Source: an uncultured virus (IMG/VR IMGVR_UViG_3300025128_000028) | Lineage: Duplodnaviria > Heunggongvirae > Uroviricota > Caudoviricetes | IMG/VR virus record: IMGVR_UViG_3300025128_000028 | Strand: one strand, 5' to 3' | DNA length: 64,000 nt | Shown: in pieces, positions 28,956 through 38,742 of the stretch | How the letters are laid out: each line of letters begins with the position of its first letter | Position numbering within the stretch: position 1 is the stretch's first letter | Notes under the pieces: model-generated | What the model was told of the DNA's origin: nothing | The model's database searches: none | What the model saw: only the letters and a program-made list of their open reading frames with translations | Translations under genes and position numbers: made by a program

Positions 28956-29771
28956 ATGGATTCAAATTTCATAAATATAGAATTAGAAAAAATAGACGAT
29001 ACAATAGATCTTGAAGTATTCAGCGATGAACACTTTGGTGATCCAAAGCGTGATATTGACTTATGTAATAAAAGGCTACAAGCCGTATTAGATGATCCAC
29101 TTAGATATACCGCTTTTGGTGGGGATCAATGGAATAACATCATGCCGTGGGATAAGCGTTATACATTAGAATCTAGCGATCCTGTTCCTTCACTTACGAA
29201 GGAAATTCAGGAATGGGAAGAACATCACAAGCCATTATTTAACATAAATCAACGACTAATAGAAAAAGGATTAGCACCTAAAATTTGGTATGGATTAGCA
29301 GGAAACCATGAATATATGGATAAGCATATTGATCATTATAGAATGAAAAGCATATTTGATAATCAAGGTATAAAATATTTAGGAAGTAAAGGTTGGGTAG
29401 GACTTCAGGTTAGTTTTCATGAAAAGCCATTAAGACGATGGAAATTATTTGTAGCACATGGATTTGGAAGTTCACAGGCACTAGAAAAGCCACTTGAAGA
29501 TATGAAGGTAAATAACTATGCAGATGTATTCCTCATGGGACACTTGCACAGAAAATTCATAACTCAACAAATTGTATATGATTATTCATTTACAGAAAAC
29601 GACTATGTAGAAAAAGAGATAGTTTTGGGAAATACAGGAACATTTAGTAATAGTATAATTAGAGGAAGGGATAGTTGGTTTGAACACAGAAACAAAGGCG
29701 TTCACTCTAAACCGGGAACTATCACAGTATCATTTAATGCTTATGGAGGAAAATTAGGTTGTCATTTATAG
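28956..29771 (+). CDS. Calcineurin-like metallophosphoesterase
   Basis: SDEHFG, GGD, GNHE, AHG and GHLH motifs. Confidence 0.9.
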   Translation: MDSNFINIELEKIDDTIDLEVFSDEHFGDPKRDIDLCNKRLQAVLDDPLRYTAFGGDQWNNIMPWDKRYTLESSDPVPSLTKEIQEWEEHHKPLFNINQRLIEKGLAPKIWYGLAGNHEYMDKHIDHYRMKSIFDNQGIKYLGSKGWVGLQVSFHEKPLRRWKLFVAHGFGSSQALEKPLEDMKVNNYADVFLMGHLHRKFITQQIVYDYSFTENDYVEKEIVLGNTGTFSNSIIRGRDSWFEHRNKGVHSKPGTITVSFNAYGGKLGCHL

Positions 29772-30046
29772 AAGATGATAGTTTAAACGGCTCTATAATT
29801 AAATCAGATAGATCAGAAGTTTTCAATGATTCACCTAAACTAAAACTTAGGGACAGGATAATTGAATATGGAATGAAACATAAACAATTTACCAAAGACG
29901 ACATATATATCAACATAAGTTCTAGTGGGGTAGCAACTGTAATTGTTAAATCATTGATTCAAAAAGGCATTTTTATAGAACACACCTTCGATTGTGGGGC
30001 TTGTAGATGGTATTCAATCGATCAAACAAAGATTAATATAGACTAA
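29759..30046 (+). CDS. Putative winged-helix protein
   Basis: QFTKDDIY...IVKSLIQKGIF pattern. Confidence 0.5.
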   Translation: MSFIEDDSLNGSIIKSDRSEVFNDSPKLKLRDRIIEYGMKHKQFTKDDIYINISSSGVATVIVKSLIQKGIFIEHTFDCGACRWYSIDQTKINID

Positions 30047-30251
30047 TCATTATAGTCAAACCATGAATAAAATTTGGTATAATCGAGCATTATATTATTT
30101 CCATATATATCAAAAATTTGATACTTTTAGGGGCGAATTTAACTGGATACGAAAGGAATTAGGTATAATAAAGCCAATTTCACCCCCACCTGTTAAGCCT
30201 TCTGAAGATGATACTAATAATACTTAAATACTAAAAGAAAATAGATTACAC

Positions 30252-30767
30252 ATGGCAATAGCAGCTTCCGATATTAAAATAAGACTTTCAGGTGGAGCAA
30301 GTAATACTGATCCAAACGCAGCTATAGGCGGTGCTATGAGTACAGCTTCAGGTGGAATTATAACCACAAACGTTCTAAATAACGATATGGACGATATTAC
30401 AAGTGCAGAAGCCTCTACAGGAATAACAATTTATCATGCTTATTATTACAAAAATGAACACGGTTCACTTACATATATCAATCCTAAATTTTATATAGAT
30501 GTAGAAACTGCTTCAGGCGATACAGATGTATATTTGGCACTTGCGGGTGAAGCAAAAAACACCGCAGCTGAAACAGTTACAAACGAAACAACAGCACCAA
30601 GCGGTGAAACATTTACAGCACCAGCAAATTATGCAGGTGGACTAGCATTAGGAAGTCTTGATGCAGGTGATTACAAAGGATTTTGGGTAAAATATGTAGT
30701 AGGTTCTAGTGCTTCAGCAGTATTAGATACTTATACTTTAGGTATTCAAGGCGACTCTAACCCATAG
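30252..30767 (+). CDS. Virion structural protein
   Basis: Late promoter; Ser/Thr/Ala/Gly-rich; heads the fibre block. Confidence 0.65.
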   Translation: MAIAASDIKIRLSGGASNTDPNAAIGGAMSTASGGIITTNVLNNDMDDITSAEASTGITIYHAYYYKNEHGSLTYINPKFYIDVETASGDTDVYLALAGEAKNTAAETVTNETTAPSGETFTAPANYAGGLALGSLDAGDYKGFWVKYVVGSSASAVLDTYTLGIQGDSNP

Positions 30768-30881
30768 TCATAGAATAAATTTTCAAGTGGTTATATATCA
30801 TATATATTTTATATATTTTATATGTTTTTGGGCTTACCCTTGCAAAATACTTATATACTAATTAATATCTAATTTAGTATA

Positions 30882-31241
30882 ATGCCACAGTTTGATAAAA
30901 ACACCCCAAAAGACGTTCTAAGAAAACAAGCAGAAGAAGATATTGCTAGAATTTCTAAGACCGTTCAACGTGATTCTTCAGGTAGGGAATACTTTTGGAA
31001 CGAAGAAATTGGTTTCTTTGAAAGTGAGCCTGATGAAAATGGTAAATGTTGGGTTAAAGGAATTGACTCAAGCGTACCGGGATATTGGTTTTATTGTCCT
31101 GAAGTAACAGGGACAAATACAAAGGGATACGAGATAGTGTGTAATACTCCACATTTTGTATTTTCTTATCAAGATGGTGAGAAACTAACTTGCAGGGAAT
31201 GTAAAGCGGAATCTACCATTAAACTCGTAATCAAGGAGTGA
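30882..31241 (+). CDS. Zinc-binding hypothetical protein in the fibre block
   Basis: YCP...CNTPH...CREC. Confidence 0.6.
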   Translation: MPQFDKNTPKDVLRKQAEEDIARISKTVQRDSSGREYFWNEEIGFFESEPDENGKCWVKGIDSSVPGYWFYCPEVTGTNTKGYEIVCNTPHFVFSYQDGEKLTCRECKAESTIKLVIKE

Positions 31242-31258
31242 TTTCGAGGTAAATTTTT

Positions 31259-32560
31259 ATGACAGATCTAACAGCACTAACAGAAATTACAAGTCCAACA
31301 ACAGATGATTTAGTATATGTCGTAGATGCACCTACAGGATCAAAGAATCCTAGAAAGTGTAGTATTGCAAACTTAGTTGCAAGTGCAAATGTAGATGCAG
31401 GTAAAATTACAACAGGAACTTTACCATTAGCAAGATTAACAGGAACTATAACAACAGCAGAATTATCATCATCAGCAGGAATTACAAGCGGTCAATTAGC
31501 AGGAACAATAGATGCAACAAAAATTGCAGATGGCACAGTTACTTCAACAGAATTTCAACATATTAATACATTATCAAGTAATGCACAAACACAATTAGAT
31601 GCAAAAGCTCCATTAGCAAGTCCAGCATTTACAGGGACAGCAACAGGAGCTAATTTAACACTATCAGGCGATTTAACTGTAAACGGAACTAACACAATTC
31701 TTAATACTTCTACTTTAGAGGTTGAAGATAAAACCATAGAAATTGCTAAGGTATCAAGTCCTTCAAATTCAACAGCAAACGGTGCTGGTATAATAATTGA
31801 GGCTGGTTCTGATACTGACAAATCAATACTTTGGGACAGTACAAATTCAAACTTTACATCAACTGAACACGTTAATGTACCAAGTGGAAAATCATACAAA
31901 GTAAACAATACCGCTTTAAAAGATGTTACTGAAACATTAACAAATAAATCAATAGATTTAACAGATAACACATTAACAGGAACATCAGCAGAATTAAAAA
32001 CAGGAATATCTGATGAAACAGGAAGTGGCTCATTGGTATTTGCAACAAGTCCAACTTTAGTAACACCAGCATTAGGAACTCCATCAGCAGGTGTATTAAC
32101 AAGTTGTACTGGATTACCAGCAACAACAGGATTAACAGCAACAGGAACTAAAGATGCAACAACATTTTTGAGAGGTGATAACACTTGGCAAGTTGTAGAT
32201 TCAAGTCCATTAACTACTAAGGGTGATATTTTTGTTCACACAGGATCAGCAAATATTAGATTACCTGTAGGTGCAAATGACAAAGTATTGAAAGCTGACA
32301 GTTCACAAACATCAGGATTAGTTTGGGGTGATGGTGGTGGAGGTTCAAGTTTAACATATCCATTCGTAAACTCAACAAATACATCTTACGCAGGAACAGG
32401 AACTTCAGGAACAGGAATTGATGTAGGTGTAGCAGTAGGAACAGAAGCAAGTGGAGTTGGTGAAAGGGAAGTTTATATTAAAAAGATTGATACTAACAAC
32501 GAAGGTTTATTTACAGTAATACACAAAAACGGATCAGCTGTAGAAGTACAGTTGGCTTAG
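31259..32560 (+). CDS. Tail fibre protein
   Basis: KITTGTLPLARL, KAPLASPAFTG, SPTLVTPALGTP, TTFLRGD and TTKGDI phage-fibre motifs. Confidence 0.85.
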   Translation: MTDLTALTEITSPTTDDLVYVVDAPTGSKNPRKCSIANLVASANVDAGKITTGTLPLARLTGTITTAELSSSAGITSGQLAGTIDATKIADGTVTSTEFQHINTLSSNAQTQLDAKAPLASPAFTGTATGANLTLSGDLTVNGTNTILNTSTLEVEDKTIEIAKVSSPSNSTANGAGIIIEAGSDTDKSILWDSTNSNFTSTEHVNVPSGKSYKVNNTALKDVTETLTNKSIDLTDNTLTGTSAELKTGISDETGSGSLVFATSPTLVTPALGTPSAGVLTSCTGLPATTGLTATGTKDATTFLRGDNTWQVVDSSPLTTKGDIFVHTGSANIRLPVGANDKVLKADSSQTSGLVWGDGGGGSSLTYPFVNSTNTSYAGTGTSGTGIDVGVAVGTEASGVGEREVYIKKIDTNNEGLFTVIHKNGSAVEVQLA

Positions 32561-32572
32561 GGGACTATCGAA

Positions 32573-33934
32573 TTGGTAGAATACCTAAGTGGTGGAAGGA
32601 TTCAAGGAAGTTCAACATCACTAAAAACAACAACATTTACTTCTGATTTTACAAGCACATCAGGTTGGACAAGCACAAATTCGGCTTTTGTAGTTAATAC
32701 AAGTGAAAATGCAATTATAGCTAATAATGATAATGTAACTACTAATCTTCAAATTGCACATGATTTAGGAAGTGGAAATGAACTATCTGATACAGCGTGG
32801 GTAATTGACCTTGATGTTAAAATAACAGCTTATACTGCTAATTCTGGTCTTTGGACACATATTGGAATGTATGACTGTGATACTACTGTTTTAGATAGTA
32901 CAAACAAAGACTTTTTGGGAATGATTCTATATGGTGAGTCAGCTACCAATGCGATTGTGTTGGTTGAAGCTGATAGTCAACTTGAGGGAACGTTAGCACC
33001 AACAACAACAAGTATTGCCATAACAGGTACACCACAACTCTATCTTAGAATGAAAAGAACTGCTTCAAATAAATTAACAATAGAGAGTTATTCAACATCA
33101 GCAAGAACAGGCACACCAAGCACAACTACAACAAGAACGTTTTCAGGCAACCCACAAAACTTGAGATACTTTAAAATCACTAATAGAGATGGTGGTGGTG
33201 GTGGTGAACTAGATATAAAAATTGAGAATATAAAAATTTGGGATAATATAACTGATCCAACTCTAAACGAAATGGACAACATAACAAACGTGCCAGTTGG
33301 AACACGCTATGAAGAAACAGATACTAGAAAAATTTACAGAATGACAGAAAAAGCAACATCTTCACAATCAACAGGTAGTACAGGTGCTTGGGAATATCTC
33401 ATGAATACAGGTCAAACTAATTGGTCGGTTGATTTCATGGGACAAAAGTTTGAAGCTGATCACGAATTGATTGGTCAAACAATTAATTCAATATCTTTTG
33501 ACTTGAGTAAGAATGGAAGTGTGGCAGATGTGCTAAAATTAGCTAAAGCAAATTCAAGTAATACTATTACAGTTCTTGAATCTATACCAATATCATCAGT
33601 ATCATCAAGTGGTAGTGGTAGTGGTAATACTGCAAACTTTACAACAATGACATTCGATTCATTTACACCATTCGTACTACAAGCCGATGATAAACTTGGA
33701 ATTTATGCAAGTGGTACATTGGGTGGCTCGTCAAGTGATTCAGGGTGTTCAGGTGCTTGTACCTATGTTGAAATTGCACATACATCATCTAGTGCTTCAG
33801 CAAATGAAACAAGATATGGAATAGCAAATGACGGTACAAACTTTACAACAGGTAATCATAATGACGATATAAAGTATTCAATCGGTGTTTCACAAAGTAT
33901 GAAAATTTGGAAAGAAAGAGGTACAGCAGTATAA
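32573..33934 (+). CDS. Adhesin/receptor-binding paralog 1
   Basis: YLSGGRIQG start; ETDTRKIY; two beta-sandwich domains. Confidence 0.7.
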   Translation: MVEYLSGGRIQGSSTSLKTTTFTSDFTSTSGWTSTNSAFVVNTSENAIIANNDNVTTNLQIAHDLGSGNELSDTAWVIDLDVKITAYTANSGLWTHIGMYDCDTTVLDSTNKDFLGMILYGESATNAIVLVEADSQLEGTLAPTTTSIAITGTPQLYLRMKRTASNKLTIESYSTSARTGTPSTTTTRTFSGNPQNLRYFKITNRDGGGGGELDIKIENIKIWDNITDPTLNEMDNITNVPVGTRYEETDTRKIYRMTEKATSSQSTGSTGAWEYLMNTGQTNWSVDFMGQKFEADHELIGQTINSISFDLSKNGSVADVLKLAKANSSNTITVLESIPISSVSSSGSGSGNTANFTTMTFDSFTPFVLQADDKLGIYASGTLGGSSSDSGCSGACTYVEIAHTSSSASANETRYGIANDGTNFTTGNHNDDIKYSIGVSQSMKIWKERGTAV

Positions 33935-34164
33935 TGAATAACAAGGTTTTAATATTCGCAATACCAATTTTATTATTGGTGGCAGTTGGTTTGACAATGA
34001 CATTAGATTATAGTAATGAAGAACAATCTGTATTTAGTGGCAGTTATACAAGAACTGATCAAGTACAACCACAAGTATTGGACAATGGTTGTTTCCCAGC
34101 CTTAACACCAGATATGGAATATTATGAAGTATGTTATGATAAGGAGTTAGAAATTGACAATTAA
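33934..34164 (+). CDS. Small membrane-anchored protein within the adhesin operon
   Basis: ATG33934 in a TAATG overlap; N-terminal TM; two Cys. Confidence 0.65.
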   Translation: MNNKVLIFAIPILLLVAVGLTMTLDYSNEEQSVFSGSYTRTDQVQPQVLDNGCFPALTPDMEYYEVCYDKELEIDN

Positions 34165-37012
34165 GAATTTAGGAGCAAAAAGATTACAGGGGTTAAAATT
34201 AGATAGAGTTTCTGATTCACTAGGAAGTTCAGCAGATGGTGTAAATACAAATGTGACACTTGATACAACGAATGAAAAGCTTGGCACAGGTTGTTATAAT
34301 TTTGATGGTAGTGGTGATAAAGTTGCCATTGGAACATCTACAACATTAAGTTCTACTCTAACAGATGGTAGTAGTGATTGGACAATAGCATTTTGGATGA
34401 AACTTAATGCGATAGAGCCAAATGGAAATAACGCTATATTTTGTCAAGGACAGGGAAATGAACAAGGCTTGGATATATTATTTGATGATAGAAGTGCAGA
34501 AGGTAGAGATCATGTTTTGGGTGTAAGAATGGAAGGCGTTGGTGGTCATACTCCTATGAAATTATACACAGGTGCTCAATTTATTGCAAAAGATACTGAT
34601 TGGCATCATTATGTAATTACAGGGGATGTATCAACAAGAACAGTAACAGCATATAGAGATGGTGCAAATGCAGTTTCAGATAGTACAGGTAGTGGAACAT
34701 TTCCTAGTGCTGGTGATTTAGATGCACCTATGACTTTTGGTTATCACCCATCAACTGGATTTGGTGATTTAAATGCAAAGTTAGATGACTGTGGAATTTG
34801 GTCAAGAATTTTAACATCAGCAGAAATTCAGGCTTTAGTAAATCAAGGTGCAACAACTAACGCATACAAACCAAGCACTATGGTAATAAGATCATCTGAT
34901 GTATATGATCCAAGTAGTCAAACAAATCAATTAGACGGTTTATTTTTCAAGCCTGATGGTCTAAAAATGTATATAGCTTCAAGGGCAGGTTCATCATTCG
35001 CAATATATCAATACACACTTTCAACAGCTTTTGATTTAACAACAGCTAGTTATGCGAGTAAGAGTTTTGACTATACAAGTCAGTTTTCAAACATAAGAGG
35101 AATGTTCATATCAAATGATGGAGTACACCTATACACTACAAGTTGGGGTGATGCCGAAGTTAATGAATACACACTATCAACAGCATGGGATATTTCAACA
35201 GCAAGTCATGAATATTCAAAAACATCAGATTATTCTAGTAGTCCAATGTTAGGTGGTATAACTTTCAAAACTGATGGAACTCGTATGTATCATGGACATG
35301 GAACAAGTGGTAATGTTAGACAATATGATTTATCGACAGCATGGGATTTATCCACAGCTAGTTCATCTGATGATGGTGAGAAGCAAATAATTAGTAATGA
35401 TCCAATAGAAGGTTTGTGGATTGATCCAAATGGTAAATTTCTTCTAGTATCTTCACCTGACGGAGGTCATATAATTAAACGTTGGAATTTTGGAACAGAT
35501 TGGGATGTAGAAACACTAACCGATGCTAATTCAAACTATCAGATTAACAGTAATAGTCTAACATATCCTAGAGGAATGGCATTTAACTCAGATGGAAGTA
35601 AAATTTTAGTATGTGTGCATGGTGACTCTAAAGTTCACGCATGGGATGTTGGAACAAAAACCTATGACGGTGCATTAGTTTCATCATTAAGTAACAAGTC
35701 AGGACTCAAGGCATATTATAGTATGGATTCATTGGCATTAAGCACAGGCACAGAAGTATCACAGATACCTGCAAGTGATAGTGGTGGTAGAGTTGTTGGA
35801 TATATTAGTGGAAATTTTTATGCACAAAGAGTTGGTGTTGAAGTAAGTACAGGATCAACATTAATTGGACTAGATAATATAACTGCAATTAAATTCAGGA
35901 TTGGAAAAACAGTTGGATCACCAACAGGTGATATGAATTGTAAAATCTATAACTCTAGTGGAACATTACAATACACATCAGAATCATCATCTGACGTTAA
36001 TGTTGCGAATTTATCAACTACTGTTTTTGAAGAAAAAACATTCACATTTGATGGAACTGCAAAAATTAATAGTGGTGATCGCATAGTTTGTGAGGGTGGA
36101 AGTTATTCATCAAGTGGTCATAAATTTGTAGAAGTTGCAGGATCAGATGACACGCCACTTGTCACAGGTAATAGAATTGTTGAGTATGGTTTAATTGGTG
36201 GTGGATCAAATACTTGGGATGCATATACTGATAGAAGTACATGGATTAAAGTCACAGGTGATGTAGCAGGTTGTAAAAATGACTATTCATCAACATCAGC
36301 TTTAGATGCATTGACAGGTATTAGAACAAATACAATCTTTGAACAAACTGATACAGATGTTCCAACTTACTATTGGTATCAAACATTAGATGGTGTCACA
36401 GCATGGTTTCCTACATTCGCAGGAAGATTTGTCGCAGGTGATTGGACAGCAGTAGGTGGTGGAACAGCTTCAACAAATGAGGTGACAGTTGCATTAGATA
36501 CAGATGGTAATCAAGATTCAGTAGTATATGATTTAGGAGGAATAATTAGTGATGATAAATGGGTATTAGACTTTACATTAAATTTCTCAAGATTAACAGT
36601 TGGAACAAATATCTTTGGGTTTATGGGATTATCTAGTATATCAGATTGGGTTTCAACAAATACGTCAGATAGTGTTGGAATGATGTTTATGCAAGAATCA
36701 GCAACAAAAGTATTTGCGAGTTCTTACATTGATAGTGGAACATGGAATGGTCAAAGAGATGACTCACAAACATGGACTCCATCGACAGGTGTTGATTATT
36801 ATTTTAGAGTGACAAGAATAAATTCAACAAACTTGAAAGTTGAATTATTCCCTAACAGTTCAAGAACAACCCCGACATCAACATCTACTAGAACAATAAC
36901 AGGTACAGGGTTGAGATACATTCATTTTACAGGTGATAATAATAGTGGAAATGGTAATGCAACATATACCATTTCAAACATGAAATTTTTCAACGGGGTG
37001 TCAAGTGTATAA
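34154..37012 (+). CDS. Adhesin paralog 2 (LamG, beta-propeller, two beta-sandwich domains)
   Basis: WTIAFW, WHHYVIT, LDDCGIWSRIL; repeated YxLSTAWD blades. Confidence 0.8.
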   Translation: MTIKNLGAKRLQGLKLDRVSDSLGSSADGVNTNVTLDTTNEKLGTGCYNFDGSGDKVAIGTSTTLSSTLTDGSSDWTIAFWMKLNAIEPNGNNAIFCQGQGNEQGLDILFDDRSAEGRDHVLGVRMEGVGGHTPMKLYTGAQFIAKDTDWHHYVITGDVSTRTVTAYRDGANAVSDSTGSGTFPSAGDLDAPMTFGYHPSTGFGDLNAKLDDCGIWSRILTSAEIQALVNQGATTNAYKPSTMVIRSSDVYDPSSQTNQLDGLFFKPDGLKMYIASRAGSSFAIYQYTLSTAFDLTTASYASKSFDYTSQFSNIRGMFISNDGVHLYTTSWGDAEVNEYTLSTAWDISTASHEYSKTSDYSSSPMLGGITFKTDGTRMYHGHGTSGNVRQYDLSTAWDLSTASSSDDGEKQIISNDPIEGLWIDPNGKFLLVSSPDGGHIIKRWNFGTDWDVETLTDANSNYQINSNSLTYPRGMAFNSDGSKILVCVHGDSKVHAWDVGTKTYDGALVSSLSNKSGLKAYYSMDSLALSTGTEVSQIPASDSGGRVVGYISGNFYAQRVGVEVSTGSTLIGLDNITAIKFRIGKTVGSPTGDMNCKIYNSSGTLQYTSESSSDVNVANLSTTVFEEKTFTFDGTAKINSGDRIVCEGGSYSSSGHKFVEVAGSDDTPLVTGNRIVEYGLIGGGSNTWDAYTDRSTWIKVTGDVAGCKNDYSSTSALDALTGIRTNTIFEQTDTDVPTYYWYQTLDGVTAWFPTFAGRFVAGDWTAVGGGTASTNEVTVALDTDGNQDSVVYDLGGIISDDKWVLDFTLNFSRLTVGTNIFGFMGLSSISDWVSTNTSDSVGMMFMQESATKVFASSYIDSGTWNGQRDDSQTWTPSTGVDYYFRVTRINSTNLKVELFPNSSRTTPTSTSTRTITGTGLRYIHFTGDNNSGNGNATYTISNMKFFNGVSSV

Positions 37013-38118
37013 TGGCAGTTAAATATTTAGCAGGTAATAGGATTCAGGGAACTGATACAGAACGTACAGCTACATCATTACCAAGTGGAACTTATGCAGG
37101 GTGGAAATTATTAGGAAGATCAACAAGAGTAAGTGGTGATAAATTACAAGTTGCATCATTAGGAAATTATCCATACTATATGATTTTAGCTGATGTTAAA
37201 TGTACTAGTTCTGATACTCTAACTCCGAGATTTACAATAAATGATGATCAAACAGGTAGTAGTGGATCAAGTGGAAAGTATTCTTCTAGAGTTTCATTTA
37301 ACGGTGAAGCTGATGACACACATACTTTTGAAACTAATTCACATGGATTAATACAAACACTAGAAACATCAGGCGAGAAAGGATTCATAGTTAATTATCT
37401 AGCAAATTTATCAGGTCAAGAGAAACTAAACATTACTGAAACGATTGATACTGATGCAGGTACAGGCAACGTTGGTGCAAATCGTAGAAGTAAGGTTTGG
37501 AAGTGGTCAGATAATGCAGTTGTCACATCAATAGAATTAATCAATATTGGATCAGGTGACTTTGGCACAGATGATGAGATTATTGTTTTAGGTTATGATC
37601 CAACAGCAACAAACTCGGAAAACTTTTGGGAAGAATTAGGAAGTGGTGATCTGTCAGGTGGTGCAGGTGATACATTATCATCAGGTACAATATCAAAAAA
37701 GAAATATTTATGGGTACAGGCATATATTGAAAACTCGAACAATGTTGCATACAACGTAAGATTTAACGGTACAACAACACCTTACACAGAAAGATATAAT
37801 GTAAATGGTGTAGTGCCTGATCCTAATCCAATTACAAGTGGTGACGCAATATTTGGTATGCTATCAACAGCAGGTAGCTCTAGTGTAGGACACCCAATAT
37901 TTGTTAATATGTTTATTATCAATATCGAAGGTGATGAGAAATTAGTCATAGGTCAATCAGTAGGTGGCAGTAGTGGTAATAATGCACCAAACTGTATGAA
38001 CTTTGCAGGTAAGTGGACAGTTACAAATGCACAAATATCTCAAGTTGACATTGTTAATGATATAGGAAGTGCTGACTATACAACAAATTCTTTCATAAAG
38101 GTGTGGGGTGCTGACTAA
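37012..38118 (+). CDS. Adhesin paralog 3a (two tandem beta domains)
   Basis: YLAGNRIQG start; repeats ending IIVLGYD and IKVWGAD. Confidence 0.7.
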   Translation: MAVKYLAGNRIQGTDTERTATSLPSGTYAGWKLLGRSTRVSGDKLQVASLGNYPYYMILADVKCTSSDTLTPRFTINDDQTGSSGSSGKYSSRVSFNGEADDTHTFETNSHGLIQTLETSGEKGFIVNYLANLSGQEKLNITETIDTDAGTGNVGANRRSKVWKWSDNAVVTSIELINIGSGDFGTDDEIIVLGYDPTATNSENFWEELGSGDLSGGAGDTLSSGTISKKKYLWVQAYIENSNNVAYNVRFNGTTTPYTERYNVNGVVPDPNPITSGDAIFGMLSTAGSSSVGHPIFVNMFIINIEGDEKLVIGQSVGGSSGNNAPNCMNFAGKWTVTNAQISQVDIVNDIGSADYTTNSFIKVWGAD

Positions 38119-38729
38119 TGGCATGGATTAATAATAAACATGAAACTTTAGATCCAACAAATGATACAATGGATGCCACAAGTATGACAGCAAGTCAATT
38201 CGGTATGTTTTTGAATCATGGAACACCAAGTGGGGGGGATACACAAACAAACTATTCTGTAAATGGTGTTGATTCAAGCAGTAATGCAAAATATGCTTAT
38301 AGAGCTTCTAAAAATGGTGCAACAACAGGTAGTGGTGCAACATCTCAAGATAAGGTTGTTTATGACGTAGGTGGTGAAACTTATGATAAATTTTCAATTA
38401 CATACGCTTGTGATATACCAAATCAAGAAAAATTATTCATTGGATTTGGTATGAGTAGAAAAGAAGCAACAGCTCAATATGCACCAACAAGGGGTGAAAT
38501 ATTTTGGAAATATCAAACCACAAGTGCTAGAGTCACATCAGTTAGAGATGATACATCTTCACAATCAGGCACATACGCAGTAGGATCAAACTTATCTGCA
38601 ATAGGTGATGGTGGAACTAAAACATCTGACTTGGCAAACATACAAACTAATTCAATCTTTGAAACTAGTGATACAGGTAAACACTATATTTGGAATAGTT
38701 CGACAAGTACGTGGACTGAAATAGCATAA
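38118..38729 (+). CDS. Adhesin paralog 3b
   Basis: Third copy of the same domain; C-terminal NSIFETSDTGKHYIW. Confidence 0.7.
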   Translation: MAWINNKHETLDPTNDTMDATSMTASQFGMFLNHGTPSGGDTQTNYSVNGVDSSSNAKYAYRASKNGATTGSGATSQDKVVYDVGGETYDKFSITYACDIPNQEKLFIGFGMSRKEATAQYAPTRGEIFWKYQTTSARVTSVRDDTSSQSGTYAVGSNLSAIGDGGTKTSDLANIQTNSIFETSDTGKHYIWNSSTSTWTEIA

Positions 38730-38742
38730 TGGGGGTATATAA

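Noticed and set aside
31555..32184. Long antisense ORFs (also 15241, 20831, 38910, 44708, 46862 and others)
   Set aside because: Shadows of well-supported genes on the opposite strand, with no motifs of their own
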